Of a DNA stretch of 64,000 bases, positions 20,520-30,390 are shown in pieces. The DNA lies in assembly GCA_019750295.1 (NCBI GenBank), contig JAIEOS010000110.1:11239-75238 (forward strand), read 5' to 3'. A program made the translations under genes and the position numbers. Each line of letters opens with the position of its first letter. Positions within the stretch are counted from its first letter, which is position 1. A model generated the notes under the pieces. It had not been told where the DNA came from. It saw nothing but the letters and a program-made list of their open reading frames with translations, and made no database searches. Origin of the DNA: Bdellovibrionales bacterium (GTDB lineage: Bacteria; Bdellovibrionota; Bdellovibrionia; Bdellovibrionales; JAGQZY01).

Positions 20520-20530
20520 CGCAAGAGCGA

Positions 20531-20998
20531 CTACATGTTTTTGCTGGAGTAATCTTTCTCACCGCCCGGCTTTTTATCTTTGCCGTAGGAGATGAGCTCG
20601 TAAGTGGAGCCGTCGGATTCGTAAACGAAGCGAGCACCCCATGGATCTTTTGGCTCTTCTTTAGCGTAAGGAGTGGGGCCCCAGGATTCGCACGCCGGTT
20701 CGCCCGATGGTGCCTTCACCAAGGCGGCTAGACCTTGAGATGTGGAGGGATAAGCCGAGCAGTCTCCCTGATAGGTCTCTAGAGCTTCGGTAATTTGTTG
20801 CATCATGATTTTAACTTGTTTGTCGCGCGCACGATCTCGAGCTCCGAAAATACGATTTGCGACGAGACCTAAAATTGTACCGATGATCACCAATACGATC
20901 ATGATTTCCACAAGTGAGAAACCCCGTTGTTGGCGGCGCTGGGAAAAAGAGAATCGAAAAAACGAATTTAAAGATTTCACAAAGTCCTCCTGTAACAT
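20531..20998 (-). CDS. gspG: Major pseudopilin GspG
   Basis: RG|FSLVEIMIV, YPSTSQGLAALV, WGPTPY, KDPWG and SYGKD. Confidence 0.95.
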   Translation of the reverse strand: MLQEDFVKSLNSFFRFSFSQRRQQRGFSLVEIMIVLVIIGTILGLVANRIFGARDRARDKQVKIMMQQITEALETYQGDCSAYPSTSQGLAALVKAPSGEPACESWGPTPYAKEEPKDPWGARFVYESDGSTYELISYGKDKKPGGEKDYSSKNM

Positions 20999-21125
20999 AA
21001 CTCTTTAAGACTCTAATACAATATCGAGCAAAATTAATGATGTCAGCGATTTTCTACCGTTCAGTACCCAGTTGTAGACCAGGCAGCGGTCATTGCGGCT
21101 CTGGTCTGTGGAAGGGAAGTGGAGA

Positions 21126-22346
21126 TTATTCCAATTTTGTCGCGAGATCCATCATTGGGAGGAGGACCGAAATCACGATAAAGCCAATGAGCGCTCCCAT
21201 AACGATCAACATGATGGGAGAAAGGATGGCCGTAATTCCCTGCACTTCGTTCTTCACCTGGAAATCGTAAGTATCAGCTACTTGATTGAGCATCTTTTCC
21301 AATTCGCCGGTTTTTTCTCCGATGCTCACCATGTGAATCACGATGGGCGGGAATTGGTTTGATTTTTTAAGTGGGCCGGCGATGGATTCCCCTTCGCGAA
21401 TGTTATCGCGAGCTTCTTCCACCGCTTTTGCCAAAACTTCATTATCGACAACGTTACGGACGATGTCCATGGCATTGAGCATCGGCACGCCACCGGAAAG
21501 TAATGTCGAAAGCGTTCGAGTGAAGCGGGATACGGCCACCATTCTTGCAATTCGACCAATAATAGGAAGTTTGAGAGTGATCGCGTCCCATGCGGCGCGA
21601 CCTGCCGCTGAATTTTTCCAGCGATTAAAGACAAACCAAGCTCCGATGGCCGCAATAATAATAAACATCCAGTTTTCTACCATGAAGCCGCTCATATCCA
21701 TGACGATCTGGGTGTACCAGGGGATTTCCATTCCAGTGTCGATTAAAATTCCTGTGATCTGCGGCAGCACATAGACAAACATGCCCATCAAAATTAATAC
21801 CATCAGCACAAGCATCAAAACCGGATACATCATCGCAGATTTCACTCGGGCTTTGAGTTCGGCCCGAGCCTCGGTGAATTCCGCAAGACGCAAAAGAATC
21901 GTGTCGAGAGAGCCAGACATTTCTCCGGCACTCACCATCGAAATAAAAATATTATCAAAGGCCCGAGGGTATTTCCCAAAGGCCTTCGCTAATGTGCTTC
22001 CTTCGTTGACCTGGTTGCGGCAGTCGGCAAGAACTTCTTTAAGATAGGGATTTTCCATCTGATCGGAAACGGCACCTAAGCAATCCACAAGTGGAATTTG
22101 CGCGCGCACGAGGGACGAAAGCTGGCGGGTTAAATTCGAAATATCATCGATCTTCACTTTCCCCGAAGTCATCGAGGCGGCCGGTGTTTTCTTTTTTTGC
22201 TGCGCTTTACTTTTATCGTGAAGAGCTAATACGTAAATGCCGTCTTTTTTTAGTTTAAGGCGTGCCGTTCGCTGGCTATCCGCATCGATAATGTCGTTGA
22301 TCGTTTTGCCAGCTTTATTGAGGCCTTTGTACTGATAGACGGGCAT
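21126..22346 (-). CDS. gspF: T2SS inner-membrane platform GspF
   Basis: TRQLSSL, AGEMSGSL, SAMMYP and GEKTGELEKML. Confidence 0.95.
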   Translation of the reverse strand: MPVYQYKGLNKAGKTINDIIDADSQRTARLKLKKDGIYVLALHDKSKAQQKKKTPAASMTSGKVKIDDISNLTRQLSSLVRAQIPLVDCLGAVSDQMENPYLKEVLADCRNQVNEGSTLAKAFGKYPRAFDNIFISMVSAGEMSGSLDTILLRLAEFTEARAELKARVKSAMMYPVLMLVLMVLILMGMFVYVLPQITGILIDTGMEIPWYTQIVMDMSGFMVENWMFIIIAAIGAWFVFNRWKNSAAGRAAWDAITLKLPIIGRIARMVAVSRFTRTLSTLLSGGVPMLNAMDIVRNVVDNEVLAKAVEEARDNIREGESIAGPLKKSNQFPPIVIHMVSIGEKTGELEKMLNQVADTYDFQVKNEVQGITAILSPIMLIVMGALIGFIVISVLLPMMDLATKLE

Positions 22347-22349
22347 AAA

Positions 22350-24041
22350 TTATAAATCCGTTTGGGTGTTCGATAAAACTTCTTCAATGGTCGTGATGCC
22401 GTGGAGGACTTTTTCGATTCCGTGATCTCGGAAGGTACGCATGCCTTGCTCTACAGCCTTACGTTTAATAATGTTTGAGTCTTTTCGTTGCATGACCAAC
22501 GACCGCACTTCTTCGGTGACGGTAAGAAGCTCTTCAATCAAAGTTCGACCGAGATAACCTTTGTAATTGCACTTGTCACAACCGACAGCCTTATGGATAC
22601 GTCCTTGGCGAACCGCATCCCGCGGTATCTCGAGATTTGCGAGTTCCGCATCGGTCGGAGTGTGTGGTTGTTTGCAATGTGGGCAAAGGACACGAATAAG
22701 TCGCTGAGAAATAACGCCGAGTAATGACGTGGCAATTAAAAACGGTTCACATCCCATATCGATCATCCGCGGGAAAGCTCCGGCGGCATCGTTGGTGTGA
22801 ATGGTCGATAACACTAAGTGACCTGTGAGAGAGGAGTTAATGGCAATCTCCGCCGTTTCCAAATCACGAATCTCCCCGATCATAATCACATCGGGATCTT
22901 GACGGAGGATGGCGCGCAGTCCGCTCGCAAAGGTCAGTCCAATTTTCGCGTTCACTTGAATTTGTCCGATGCCTTGAATTCGCTGTTCCACGGGATCTTC
23001 AACAGTGATGATGTTCGTATCGATTGAATTCATGCGCGACAAACACGCATAAAGTGTTGTCGACTTTCCCGAACCGGTAGGGCCAGTGACAAGTAAAATT
23101 CCGTAGGTTCTCGAAATTAAATCCACGATATTTTTGAGATCGGTTTCTGCAAAACCCAATTGCTCTAAAGATAAAATCACGTTAGATCGATCTTGAAGAC
23201 GCATCACCAGGCGCTCTCCAAAGGCGGTCGGTACGCTATTCAGACGAATATCGATGTCTTTTCCGCCAATTCGCAGTGGAATACGACCATCCTGAGGCAA
23301 ACGTTTTTCGGCGATGTTCAAATTACCCATAACTTTGATACGTGAGGTGATCGCGTTCTGAAGTTTTTTAGGCGGCTTGTAAATATCATAAAGAATACCA
23401 TCAACTCGGAGACGCACGACCATTTCTTTTTCGTAAGGTTCAATGTGAATGTCCGAGGCTTTTTCTTTGACGGCACGAGAAAGTAGCGTGTTCACGAGTT
23501 TAATCACCGGAGCTTCGTCGTCGGATTCTAAAAGATCAACGATCGGATCATCAAGATCATAATCTTCGCTCTCGATATCTTCTAATCCGTCGAGAGTCGC
23601 AGTTCCTTTTTCGTAGACTCGGTTGATCGCATCGAGAAGTTTAATTTTAGAAACAACGATCGGTGACACATCTTTTTTGAAGATCGTGCGAAGATCATCA
23701 AACGCGCTAAAGTTGAGCGGGTTTGTTGTGTAAACGTAAACGGTATCTTTGTCTTCTCGGGAGGCGAGGACTTCTTTATTTTTGGCGTAGTTGATAGAGA
23801 TATTGCGAATCATCTCCATGGAAATATCATTGACCGGAATGTCTTTTTGATACGCAAAACCCAACTTTGAACAAAACTGCGATAAGAGATCTTCGTGATT
23901 GGGGTCCTTCAGCATCGCCAAATAATTATCAAGTGTGATTGAGCCTTCGATTGTGGAATCCAAAAGCGCTCGCATCTGCGATTCGCTAAGGCTTGTGACT
24001 TTTAAAAGGACATTCTCGTGGGGGGTATCTACGCTGGCCAT
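22350..24041 (-). CDS. gspE: T2SS ATPase GspE
   Basis: ASDIHIEP, AEKRLPQDGR, Walker A GPTGSGKST, LRQDPD and CxxC...CxxC. Confidence 0.96.
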   Translation of the reverse strand: MASVDTPHENVLLKVTSLSESQMRALLDSTIEGSITLDNYLAMLKDPNHEDLLSQFCSKLGFAYQKDIPVNDISMEMIRNISINYAKNKEVLASREDKDTVYVYTTNPLNFSAFDDLRTIFKKDVSPIVVSKIKLLDAINRVYEKGTATLDGLEDIESEDYDLDDPIVDLLESDDEAPVIKLVNTLLSRAVKEKASDIHIEPYEKEMVVRLRVDGILYDIYKPPKKLQNAITSRIKVMGNLNIAEKRLPQDGRIPLRIGGKDIDIRLNSVPTAFGERLVMRLQDRSNVILSLEQLGFAETDLKNIVDLISRTYGILLVTGPTGSGKSTTLYACLSRMNSIDTNIITVEDPVEQRIQGIGQIQVNAKIGLTFASGLRAILRQDPDVIMIGEIRDLETAEIAINSSLTGHLVLSTIHTNDAAGAFPRMIDMGCEPFLIATSLLGVISQRLIRVLCPHCKQPHTPTDAELANLEIPRDAVRQGRIHKAVGCDKCNYKGYLGRTLIEELLTVTEEVRSLVMQRKDSNIIKRKAVEQGMRTFRDHGIEKVLHGITTIEEVLSNTQTDL

Positions 24042-24171
24042 AGGCTTAAGTTTAGAGGAATTCTGTGGTCTAGGGCAAGTGTTGAGCGACCAAGCAGGAC
24101 GTCTAGGTCCCCATGGGGCGCTCTCACAGAAATCTATTTAGAATATGCCTAAATTCAGTTAGAATAATAAC

Positions 24172-25728
24172 GTGAAACGCCAATCCACAAATCGTTTGAT
24201 TTTGCTCGCTTTTATCATCGTCATGATTGGTGGTGTAGGATTATTTGTCTGGGATAAGTACGGTTCGGGCGATGGGGGATCGCGGGATGTCATTGGGCGG
24301 TTTCTTCAGTCCGAAGGGAATGTCGAATACAAGGATAACAGCTTTAGCAGTTGGTCTGCGGTGAAGGATCAGCGCGATGTCGTGAATGAGAGCACGGTTT
24401 TTACTCACGAAAAATCCAATGCGACCGTGGATGTTCTGGGTGTGGCCCTGCAAATCAAAGAGAACAGTTTGGTGAAAATTGTTCGCCCTCCCAATAAAAG
24501 TGGGATTTTCGAGATGGGCTTTGGATCTTTAATTTTTCGAAGCACAAACCCGCAAAGTATTACTTTACTTGTGAACAATCAGCCGATGGAGATCAATCTT
24601 GGTAACAATGGGCAAGTGCAGTTTGTTCAGGAGCTCAATAGTCCTCAGGTGAGAGTGGTTCCTTTGTCAGGCGCTGTTACAGTCAAAAAGAATGGCCGAG
24701 CTCATCCCTTAAAAAAAGGGGAAGAGTTAATTTTTGAGAAAGATAAGCCGGCTCCTACGGTGGCTTCGGCTATTCCGCAAGCACCTCCAGCCCCGGTGCC
24801 GCCCCCTCAAGAGGCTGTCGCAACGGCTTCCGATGTTCCGTCCACCGAAGAAGTTCCCTTAGAGTCTTCGCAAGCAGAACCGACTCCCGAGCCCGAAGAG
24901 GCGGTGCCGACTGTGGTTGAGAATCCAGTCCCGGTTGAGCCACCACCGGCAGCGCCAGAGCCTCCGAAAGTTGTCGAAGCCCCAAAACTTCCTCCGGGTC
25001 CCACTTCGGCGGAGCTTTTAACCCTGAAAGAGCTTAAGCGAAAGCCGGCAGCGACGTTGTCGACAGCCAAAGCTGAGTTTAATTCAACGACTCCGGCGGA
25101 GGTCATTTACTCGTGGAACAAGAAGCCGGGCATTGATGAATACGAAGTGTGGTGGTCTAAAAAGAGTGCAGATGGGTCTGTTTTCGTTGATCAAGAGGTG
25201 GTTAAAAAAGGGTCGCAACTAAAACTATCTTATAGTGAGGCCGCCGATGTGACGGTGAAAGTGCGTGGGTTGTTAAAAAATGGTCAATCTACAGCATGGT
25301 CCGATACGCAAGATTTTATCGTTCGTAAAGAAGAGCCTCCACAAATATCTCAAGTGAAAGTGGCGGGTCGAGTGATCAAGAAAAAGAAAGATCTCGATCA
25401 AAATGTGGATGTCACCGTAGAGTTTTCTAAAGCCTTAGAAAAAGACGCTGAAGTTCACTTTGTGAATAGAAAGACGGGCGAAGTGATTAAACATAATGTT
25501 TCTGCCGCCGCGACAGATTTTAAAACCCAGCTTCCACCAGGGGGTTACGAATATTATACCGTCCTCAACGGCGAGAGATCTCCCGCTTCAGCGACAAGTG
25601 GAGAGCTTTTGGAAGTGGCTCATAAATACGAACCTCCTAAGACTTCATTTATGCCGGTAAAATCTAAACCCAAGCCTAAAAAGAAAAAGCCAAAGGTCGA
25701 AACTCTGGCGGATCCGAATATTCTTTAA
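24172..25728 (+). CDS. FecR-domain membrane-anchored protein with Pro-rich linker
   Basis: N-terminal TM; VFT...S.A, ENSLVKI and LSGAVTV FecR-like pattern; PAP/PEP-rich linker; FnIII-like C-terminal part. Confidence 0.6.
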   Translation: MKRQSTNRLILLAFIIVMIGGVGLFVWDKYGSGDGGSRDVIGRFLQSEGNVEYKDNSFSSWSAVKDQRDVVNESTVFTHEKSNATVDVLGVALQIKENSLVKIVRPPNKSGIFEMGFGSLIFRSTNPQSITLLVNNQPMEINLGNNGQVQFVQELNSPQVRVVPLSGAVTVKKNGRAHPLKKGEELIFEKDKPAPTVASAIPQAPPAPVPPPQEAVATASDVPSTEEVPLESSQAEPTPEPEEAVPTVVENPVPVEPPPAAPEPPKVVEAPKLPPGPTSAELLTLKELKRKPAATLSTAKAEFNSTTPAEVIYSWNKKPGIDEYEVWWSKKSADGSVFVDQEVVKKGSQLKLSYSEAADVTVKVRGLLKNGQSTAWSDTQDFIVRKEEPPQISQVKVAGRVIKKKKDLDQNVDVTVEFSKALEKDAEVHFVNRKTGEVIKHNVSAAATDFKTQLPPGGYEYYTVLNGERSPASATSGELLEVAHKYEPPKTSFMPVKSKPKPKKKKPKVETLADPNIL

Positions 25729-25731
25729 GAT

Positions 25732-26649
25732 TTAAAATTGAAACGAAGTAAAGATTTGAATGTTGTAGATCGAGAAGTCGGCCGAACCGACGCTTTCAAT
25801 AATGTTGTCATTATAGTTAAAATCATATTGATAGGTCTGACCTAAAAGCAGCAAACCTAAACGAACATTTCGAACCGGATAGGAAACAGTCATTCCGTAC
25901 TCATAAAACATGGGCGACTTGAGGGTGATTTGTTCGCCGCCTTCGGCTTTCGCCGAGACGGGCATTTGGTAACGAGCCGAAATATCGATCGTAAAATTTC
26001 CAAGTTGCTTTAAAGCCCACGCACCAACGCCAGCGGTGGTGATGGTGTTTCCTTTATGAATGAGGTCACCGGTGGAGTCGACATGAATAAAAGGGAGTAG
26101 AGTATAGCTTAATCCTCCGCGAAGTCCCCACATCCAGTTCGATCTTGGTTTCGATAAAGTCCAAAGAGTTTCGAGATTCATCGCGGACCAATCGTACTTG
26201 TCGACACTAACTCGGGCGCTCGGTGTCTGTGTGTAATTAGAAGATCCTCTTTTATAAGAAAAAAACGTGCTCCATTTTCGAGACCATCGGTACTGAACTT
26301 TGGCATGAATGGACGGGAAGGAGAAGTCGTTGTGCTTAAGAATAGCGCGTTGGGGGAGAGTTTGCGAATAAGCGACACCGTTGAGGCCCAGGCCAAACGC
26401 CGCTTTCCATTTTCTAATGACGGGAGGAGGTCTCTTAACCGCCAAAGTAAAGTCGTCGGTTTCCACTTCTTCTTCCGCCTCGACTTCTTCTTGAGCTTCG
26501 GCCACGATTTCTTTCTGAACTTTCGATGTTTTTTGAGTGCGACGAGATATTTTCGCAGGAGGAGCCGCAGCTGTCTCTTGAGCCCACACTGTCCCTTGCA
26601 TCAAAGGGATTGAAAGAGCGAGGCTAAAAAGTGCAACAAATATCTTCAT
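25732..26649 (-). CDS. Probable outer-membrane beta-barrel protein
   Basis: Signal peptide from MKIFVALF (26649), alternating strands, terminal FTSFQF. Confidence 0.6.
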   Translation of the reverse strand: MKIFVALFSLALSIPLMQGTVWAQETAAAPPAKISRRTQKTSKVQKEIVAEAQEEVEAEEEVETDDFTLAVKRPPPVIRKWKAAFGLGLNGVAYSQTLPQRAILKHNDFSFPSIHAKVQYRWSRKWSTFFSYKRGSSNYTQTPSARVSVDKYDWSAMNLETLWTLSKPRSNWMWGLRGGLSYTLLPFIHVDSTGDLIHKGNTITTAGVGAWALKQLGNFTIDISARYQMPVSAKAEGGEQITLKSPMFYEYGMTVSYPVRNVRLGLLLLGQTYQYDFNYNDNIIESVGSADFSIYNIQIFTSFQF

Positions 26650-26689
26650 ATAGTCCCAGTGTAAAAACATTCCCCCCCCCGCTGACAAG

Positions 26690-27477
26690 AGGTTCCAGCT
26701 CCCTCCGTGCACTTATTCCCAAAGATAGTTCGAACGCTCCTCGGATATATGAATTTCTGGGGGCCTTTTCTTTCATCACATCGGGTCACACGTTTTGCTA
26801 AATTGTGAGAATATGCCCAGACCTATCACAGTGCTGCAGTCCGATTTTCCGTATCACGTATCAGCTCGTTGCATTAATAAAGAATGGTTTTCTGTACCGA
26901 TGGAGGAGGTCTGGGAGATTATGTCGGAGCAACTCCATTTTATTCACCATGCTTTTGATCTGCAAATTATCTCTTTCGTGTTGATGTCAAATCACTTTCA
27001 TCTCATAGTACGAACACCGAATTGTAACATCGATTTAGCAATGAGTTGGTTTATGAGAGAGACCAGTAGAACCCTTACGAGAGCTGGCAATCGAATCAAT
27101 CAGACTTACTGTGGGCGTTATTTTCGTAGTATCATCGAATCTGAGCATTATCTGAAGAATGCATATAAATATGTTTATTATAATCCAGTTCAAGCGGGTA
27201 TCTGCGAGAACGTAAATGATTACCCTTTTAGCACACTATATGGACTTCTAGGCCGTAAGAGTCTTTACATACCGGTAGAGGAAGACTTTATTTTGTTTCA
27301 AGAAACTGAAGAGACACTTCGGTGGTTGAATTGCACACCAATGGTTGATAACTGGGAAGCGGTACGAAAAGGTCTGCGTTGGAATAGATTTAAACTACCC
27401 AAGCGAAATGGAAGATTGCACGTCTTAGAAAATGACCTTTTGTGATGTGGATAAGTGCACGGAGGGAGCTGGAACCT
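26690..27477. mobile_element. REPtron-like unit: Y1 transposase gene bracketed by perfect 27-bp inverted repeats
   Basis: AGGTTCCAGCTCCCTCCGTGCACTTAT (26690-26716) and ATAAGTGCACGGAGGGAGCTGGAACCT (27451-27477). Confidence 0.75.
26813..27445 (+). CDS. REP-associated-type tyrosine (Y1 HUH, IS200-like) transposase
   Basis: MPR start, YHVSARCINK, HUH motif LMSNHFHL, GRY, YVYYNPVQAG and YPFST. Confidence 0.88.
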   Translation: MPRPITVLQSDFPYHVSARCINKEWFSVPMEEVWEIMSEQLHFIHHAFDLQIISFVLMSNHFHLIVRTPNCNIDLAMSWFMRETSRTLTRAGNRINQTYCGRYFRSIIESEHYLKNAYKYVYYNPVQAGICENVNDYPFSTLYGLLGRKSLYIPVEEDFILFQETEETLRWLNCTPMVDNWEAVRKGLRWNRFKLPKRNGRLHVLENDLL

Positions 27478-27497
27478 TCTCGCCCGCGAGGGCGAGA
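27478..27497. terminator. GC hairpin between the convergent transposase and gspD genes
   Basis: TCTCGCCC-GCGA-GGGCGAGA (GNRA loop); no U-tract. Confidence 0.4.
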
Positions 27498-27541
27498 TCA
27501 TCAGTTGGAGTTAGATTTTTTGTAATCAAGGAACCTGGAAC

Positions 27542-29989
27542 CTATTCGGTTTCGATGTCTAGGGCTTCGGACTCGGTGGGGTCGGAATCTATTTTTTGGT
27601 CTTCGAGTTTGAACTCGTCAGCGCTGTCGGCATATTTTGTTAAACCGGCGAGAGCTTCACCAAATGGGTCGCGACCGTTGGCGCTCTTTTTCACCCAGTC
27701 CACTCGCTGATTTAAAGCAAGATTTAACATCTTCTTGTGATCGGCGGAGTTGCGAATAATTTTGGGCGACAGGAACACTAAAAGATTTCCTTTTTGGCGA
27801 GACACTGTGCGACTCTTAAACAGCCAGCCCAATACAGGGATGTCCCCTAAGAAAGGAATTTTTTCCTCAGTTAAAGAGTCACTATCTGTGACTAAGCCCC
27901 CAAGAACTGCAGCATCACCACTTGATAGAGTTAAGTTAGTTTTGAGAGTTCGTTTTGTGATCCCTTGCGACTGATCAGCAAGGTTCTTTGCGAGAATCGG
28001 TCGCGTACTAATGTCATTTACTTTTTGTTCAATATTCAATCGCAGTACGTCGGAGTCAGGGCTAATGTATGGAGTTAGTTTAAGTGACGTCGTTGCATCT
28101 TTGAACGTTGGAGTGAATGCCTGCGCTCCACCCACACCCTGGTTCGTCGTTAGACCGACAGGAATTTCATCTCCCACCTCGATAAACGCTTCTTCGTTAT
28201 CCATCGCTAAAAGTTTAGGCGTTGATAAGATGTTCGAGTCTGTATTCGACTGGATGAACTGAATAAATGCGAGCAGGTTCGGGACTAGAATATTCTTCCC
28301 ACCAATGTTGATGCTTACTTTTTTATTTTTATCGCCAAAACCAAGAATCGCACCTTTAGAGGTGATATCTTGAACTTTTCCAAAATCAGCGAAGTTAAAT
28401 CCAGCCCGGGCAATACCGTTATCTGATTGAGCTGCATCCGGTGAGCCACCAATGAATTTCAAACCACCAACGCCCCAGTTAAAGTTTCGATTGGATTTCA
28501 TTTCGACAATGTAAGCTTCGATAAAAACTTGATCCTTAGGGATATCGATTTTGCCCATAAGGCTTAGGAATGTTTGATAATCCTGCTTATTTGCGGTGAT
28601 GATCATGCTGTTTGTATTTTCGTCAGCTTTGATGACGATATCCCCACCAAAAATTTGCGCTTTTTGCTGAGGGGGTTTAAATGCGGCGGGATTGTTCGGG
28701 TCCGAAGCGGGGGCCGCGGACGTTGCCTTCTTGTCGGCCTCTTGAACCAGGCCATTTAGAGTGTCGGCAATCTTTTTGGCTTCGCCGTGGCGAACATAGT
28801 AAACGTACACGCCGCCAGATTCTGATGGATCTAAAGGGTAATCCAATTGAGCCACGAGTTTTACGATACGCTCGATACCTTGGCTGTTCCCCACGACGAT
28901 GATGGAGTTGGTGCGTTCATCTGGAGAAACTAAAGACAAGGATTCGTCTTTTTCCTTTTCGCCAAAACGAGAGGCGGGGCGGAACGTGTTTTGATTTTTA
29001 TTTTCGCCTTTGTTGATGATCTTGGTGATCAGTTCGGCGATATCTTTGGCCTTGGCATTTTTAATATTGATCACTTTGAGCTGCTCTTCGAAACCGGGTT
29101 TGTCGAGCTCTTCAAGAACGCGCATGATGCGCTCAATGTTCGATCCGAGGTCGGTGATGATCAAAGAGTTTGTTTTTTCGTACGCCGCCATCTGCCCTTG
29201 CTTTGATTTGATGACGTTTTGGAAGGTTTTTTGAACGTCCTCGGCGCTGATGAATTTTAAACGAATGATGCGTGTGATGAGCTGATCGCCATTCGGATAG
29301 TAAGCACCCGCATAGGTTTCAATGGAATCACTCTTGGCATCATCAATTTTACGGATTTTTAAAAACTTGCCGGAAGGAACGACGGTCATCCCGTTCATGG
29401 AGAGAGCCGAAAGGAAGGCTTCCCACGCCTCCGCCACGGTGATTTTGCGAGGAGCAATGATCGTAATTTTTCCGGAAAGGTTCTGTTCAAAAATAAAGTT
29501 TTTCCCAGTGAGGCGGGCCATCGCATTGACGACGTCAGAGATGGGCGCATCTTTGTAATCGAAGCTCTCAACGATATCCGGAAAGTTTTTATTGGTAATA
29601 TCCTCGGGCTGAGCATCCGAAAGAGGAATCTTGCCAGATCCTGTGATCGGCGTGATTGAACCTGATCCTGAGGAAGATGAGGACGAGAAGTTGGAGCTTG
29701 TTCCTCCGCCGAAAGTAGAACCGGAAGAGGGTTCGCTGCTGCGAGATGGAGCTCCAAATCGACCACCACCAAAACGAGGCGCAGGACGAAAGCGACTGGG
29801 CTCAGAGGATCCTGAGGAGGGCTCGGGCGGCGCCGTTATTTCGTTGTCCAAATTTTGCGTGGGAGGAGGAAGCTCTTCGCTCTCCTCGAGCAGCTCGCTG
29901 TCAAAGTCCTCATCTTGCGCAAACGTGTGCGATGGTGCTGACAAGTTGATGGTCACAGCAGCTAATGCTAATAGCAGAAAATTTTTCAT
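27542..29989 (-). CDS. gspD: T2SS secretin GspD
   Basis: Signal peptide, N0-N3 domains (TGKNFI, RTNSIIV), LSTPKLLAMDNEEAFIEVG and KIPFLGDIPVLGWLFK. Confidence 0.96.
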   Translation of the reverse strand: MKNFLLLALAAVTINLSAPSHTFAQDEDFDSELLEESEELPPPTQNLDNEITAPPEPSSGSSEPSRFRPAPRFGGGRFGAPSRSSEPSSGSTFGGGTSSNFSSSSSSGSGSITPITGSGKIPLSDAQPEDITNKNFPDIVESFDYKDAPISDVVNAMARLTGKNFIFEQNLSGKITIIAPRKITVAEAWEAFLSALSMNGMTVVPSGKFLKIRKIDDAKSDSIETYAGAYYPNGDQLITRIIRLKFISAEDVQKTFQNVIKSKQGQMAAYEKTNSLIITDLGSNIERIMRVLEELDKPGFEEQLKVINIKNAKAKDIAELITKIINKGENKNQNTFRPASRFGEKEKDESLSLVSPDERTNSIIVVGNSQGIERIVKLVAQLDYPLDPSESGGVYVYYVRHGEAKKIADTLNGLVQEADKKATSAAPASDPNNPAAFKPPQQKAQIFGGDIVIKADENTNSMIITANKQDYQTFLSLMGKIDIPKDQVFIEAYIVEMKSNRNFNWGVGGLKFIGGSPDAAQSDNGIARAGFNFADFGKVQDITSKGAILGFGDKNKKVSINIGGKNILVPNLLAFIQFIQSNTDSNILSTPKLLAMDNEEAFIEVGDEIPVGLTTNQGVGGAQAFTPTFKDATTSLKLTPYISPDSDVLRLNIEQKVNDISTRPILAKNLADQSQGITKRTLKTNLTLSSGDAAVLGGLVTDSDSLTEEKIPFLGDIPVLGWLFKSRTVSRQKGNLLVFLSPKIIRNSADHKKMLNLALNQRVDWVKKSANGRDPFGEALAGLTKYADSADEFKLEDQKIDSDPTESEALDIETE

Positions 29990-30023
29990 CGGAATCCTTC
30001 CTCGTCGTAACTTCGTCCTTGAG

Positions 30024-30193
30024 ATATCGGTGTGTGAACCTAAACCAGAAAGACATTGGTTTGAGCGAAAACGGACTCGGCAAGGCGCGAGGACGAAGCG
30101 CTAGCAACGCGCTATCGAGAGGACGAGTAACGCAGTCCGAGTGCGTTTGCAGCCAAAGCAATGTCTTTCTGGTTTAAGTTCACACACCTATAT
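30024..30193. repeat. Long inverted repeat / MITE- or REPIN-like element (35-bp core arms, 2 mismatches)
   Basis: GGTGTGTGAACCTAAACCAGAAAGACATTGGTTTG (30029-30063) versus 30154-30188; structured GC-rich core GCAAGGCGCGAGGACGAAGCG...GTAACGCAG. Confidence 0.85.
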
Positions 30194-30390
30194 TAAAACT
30201 TAAAAGAATTAATAGCTTAAGCACGAAGTGTAGGAAGGTCGTGTGGAGCGGGGCAAAGGTCGAGTCGGAGCTCGCTTGCGCCTAACAGTTGGGTGAGCCG
30301 TCTGGCCCAACAGCGAGGTCAGGGGGAGACAACACGCATCGGGGTTGCGATAATTTCTACAAGCACTCATTGTTAAGTCAGTAGGGAAAC

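Noticed and set aside
27780-28620. Foreign, low-GC 3' half of gspD
   Set aside because: Spot counts of a few lines were not clearly different from the 5' half; cannot be supported without a computed profile.
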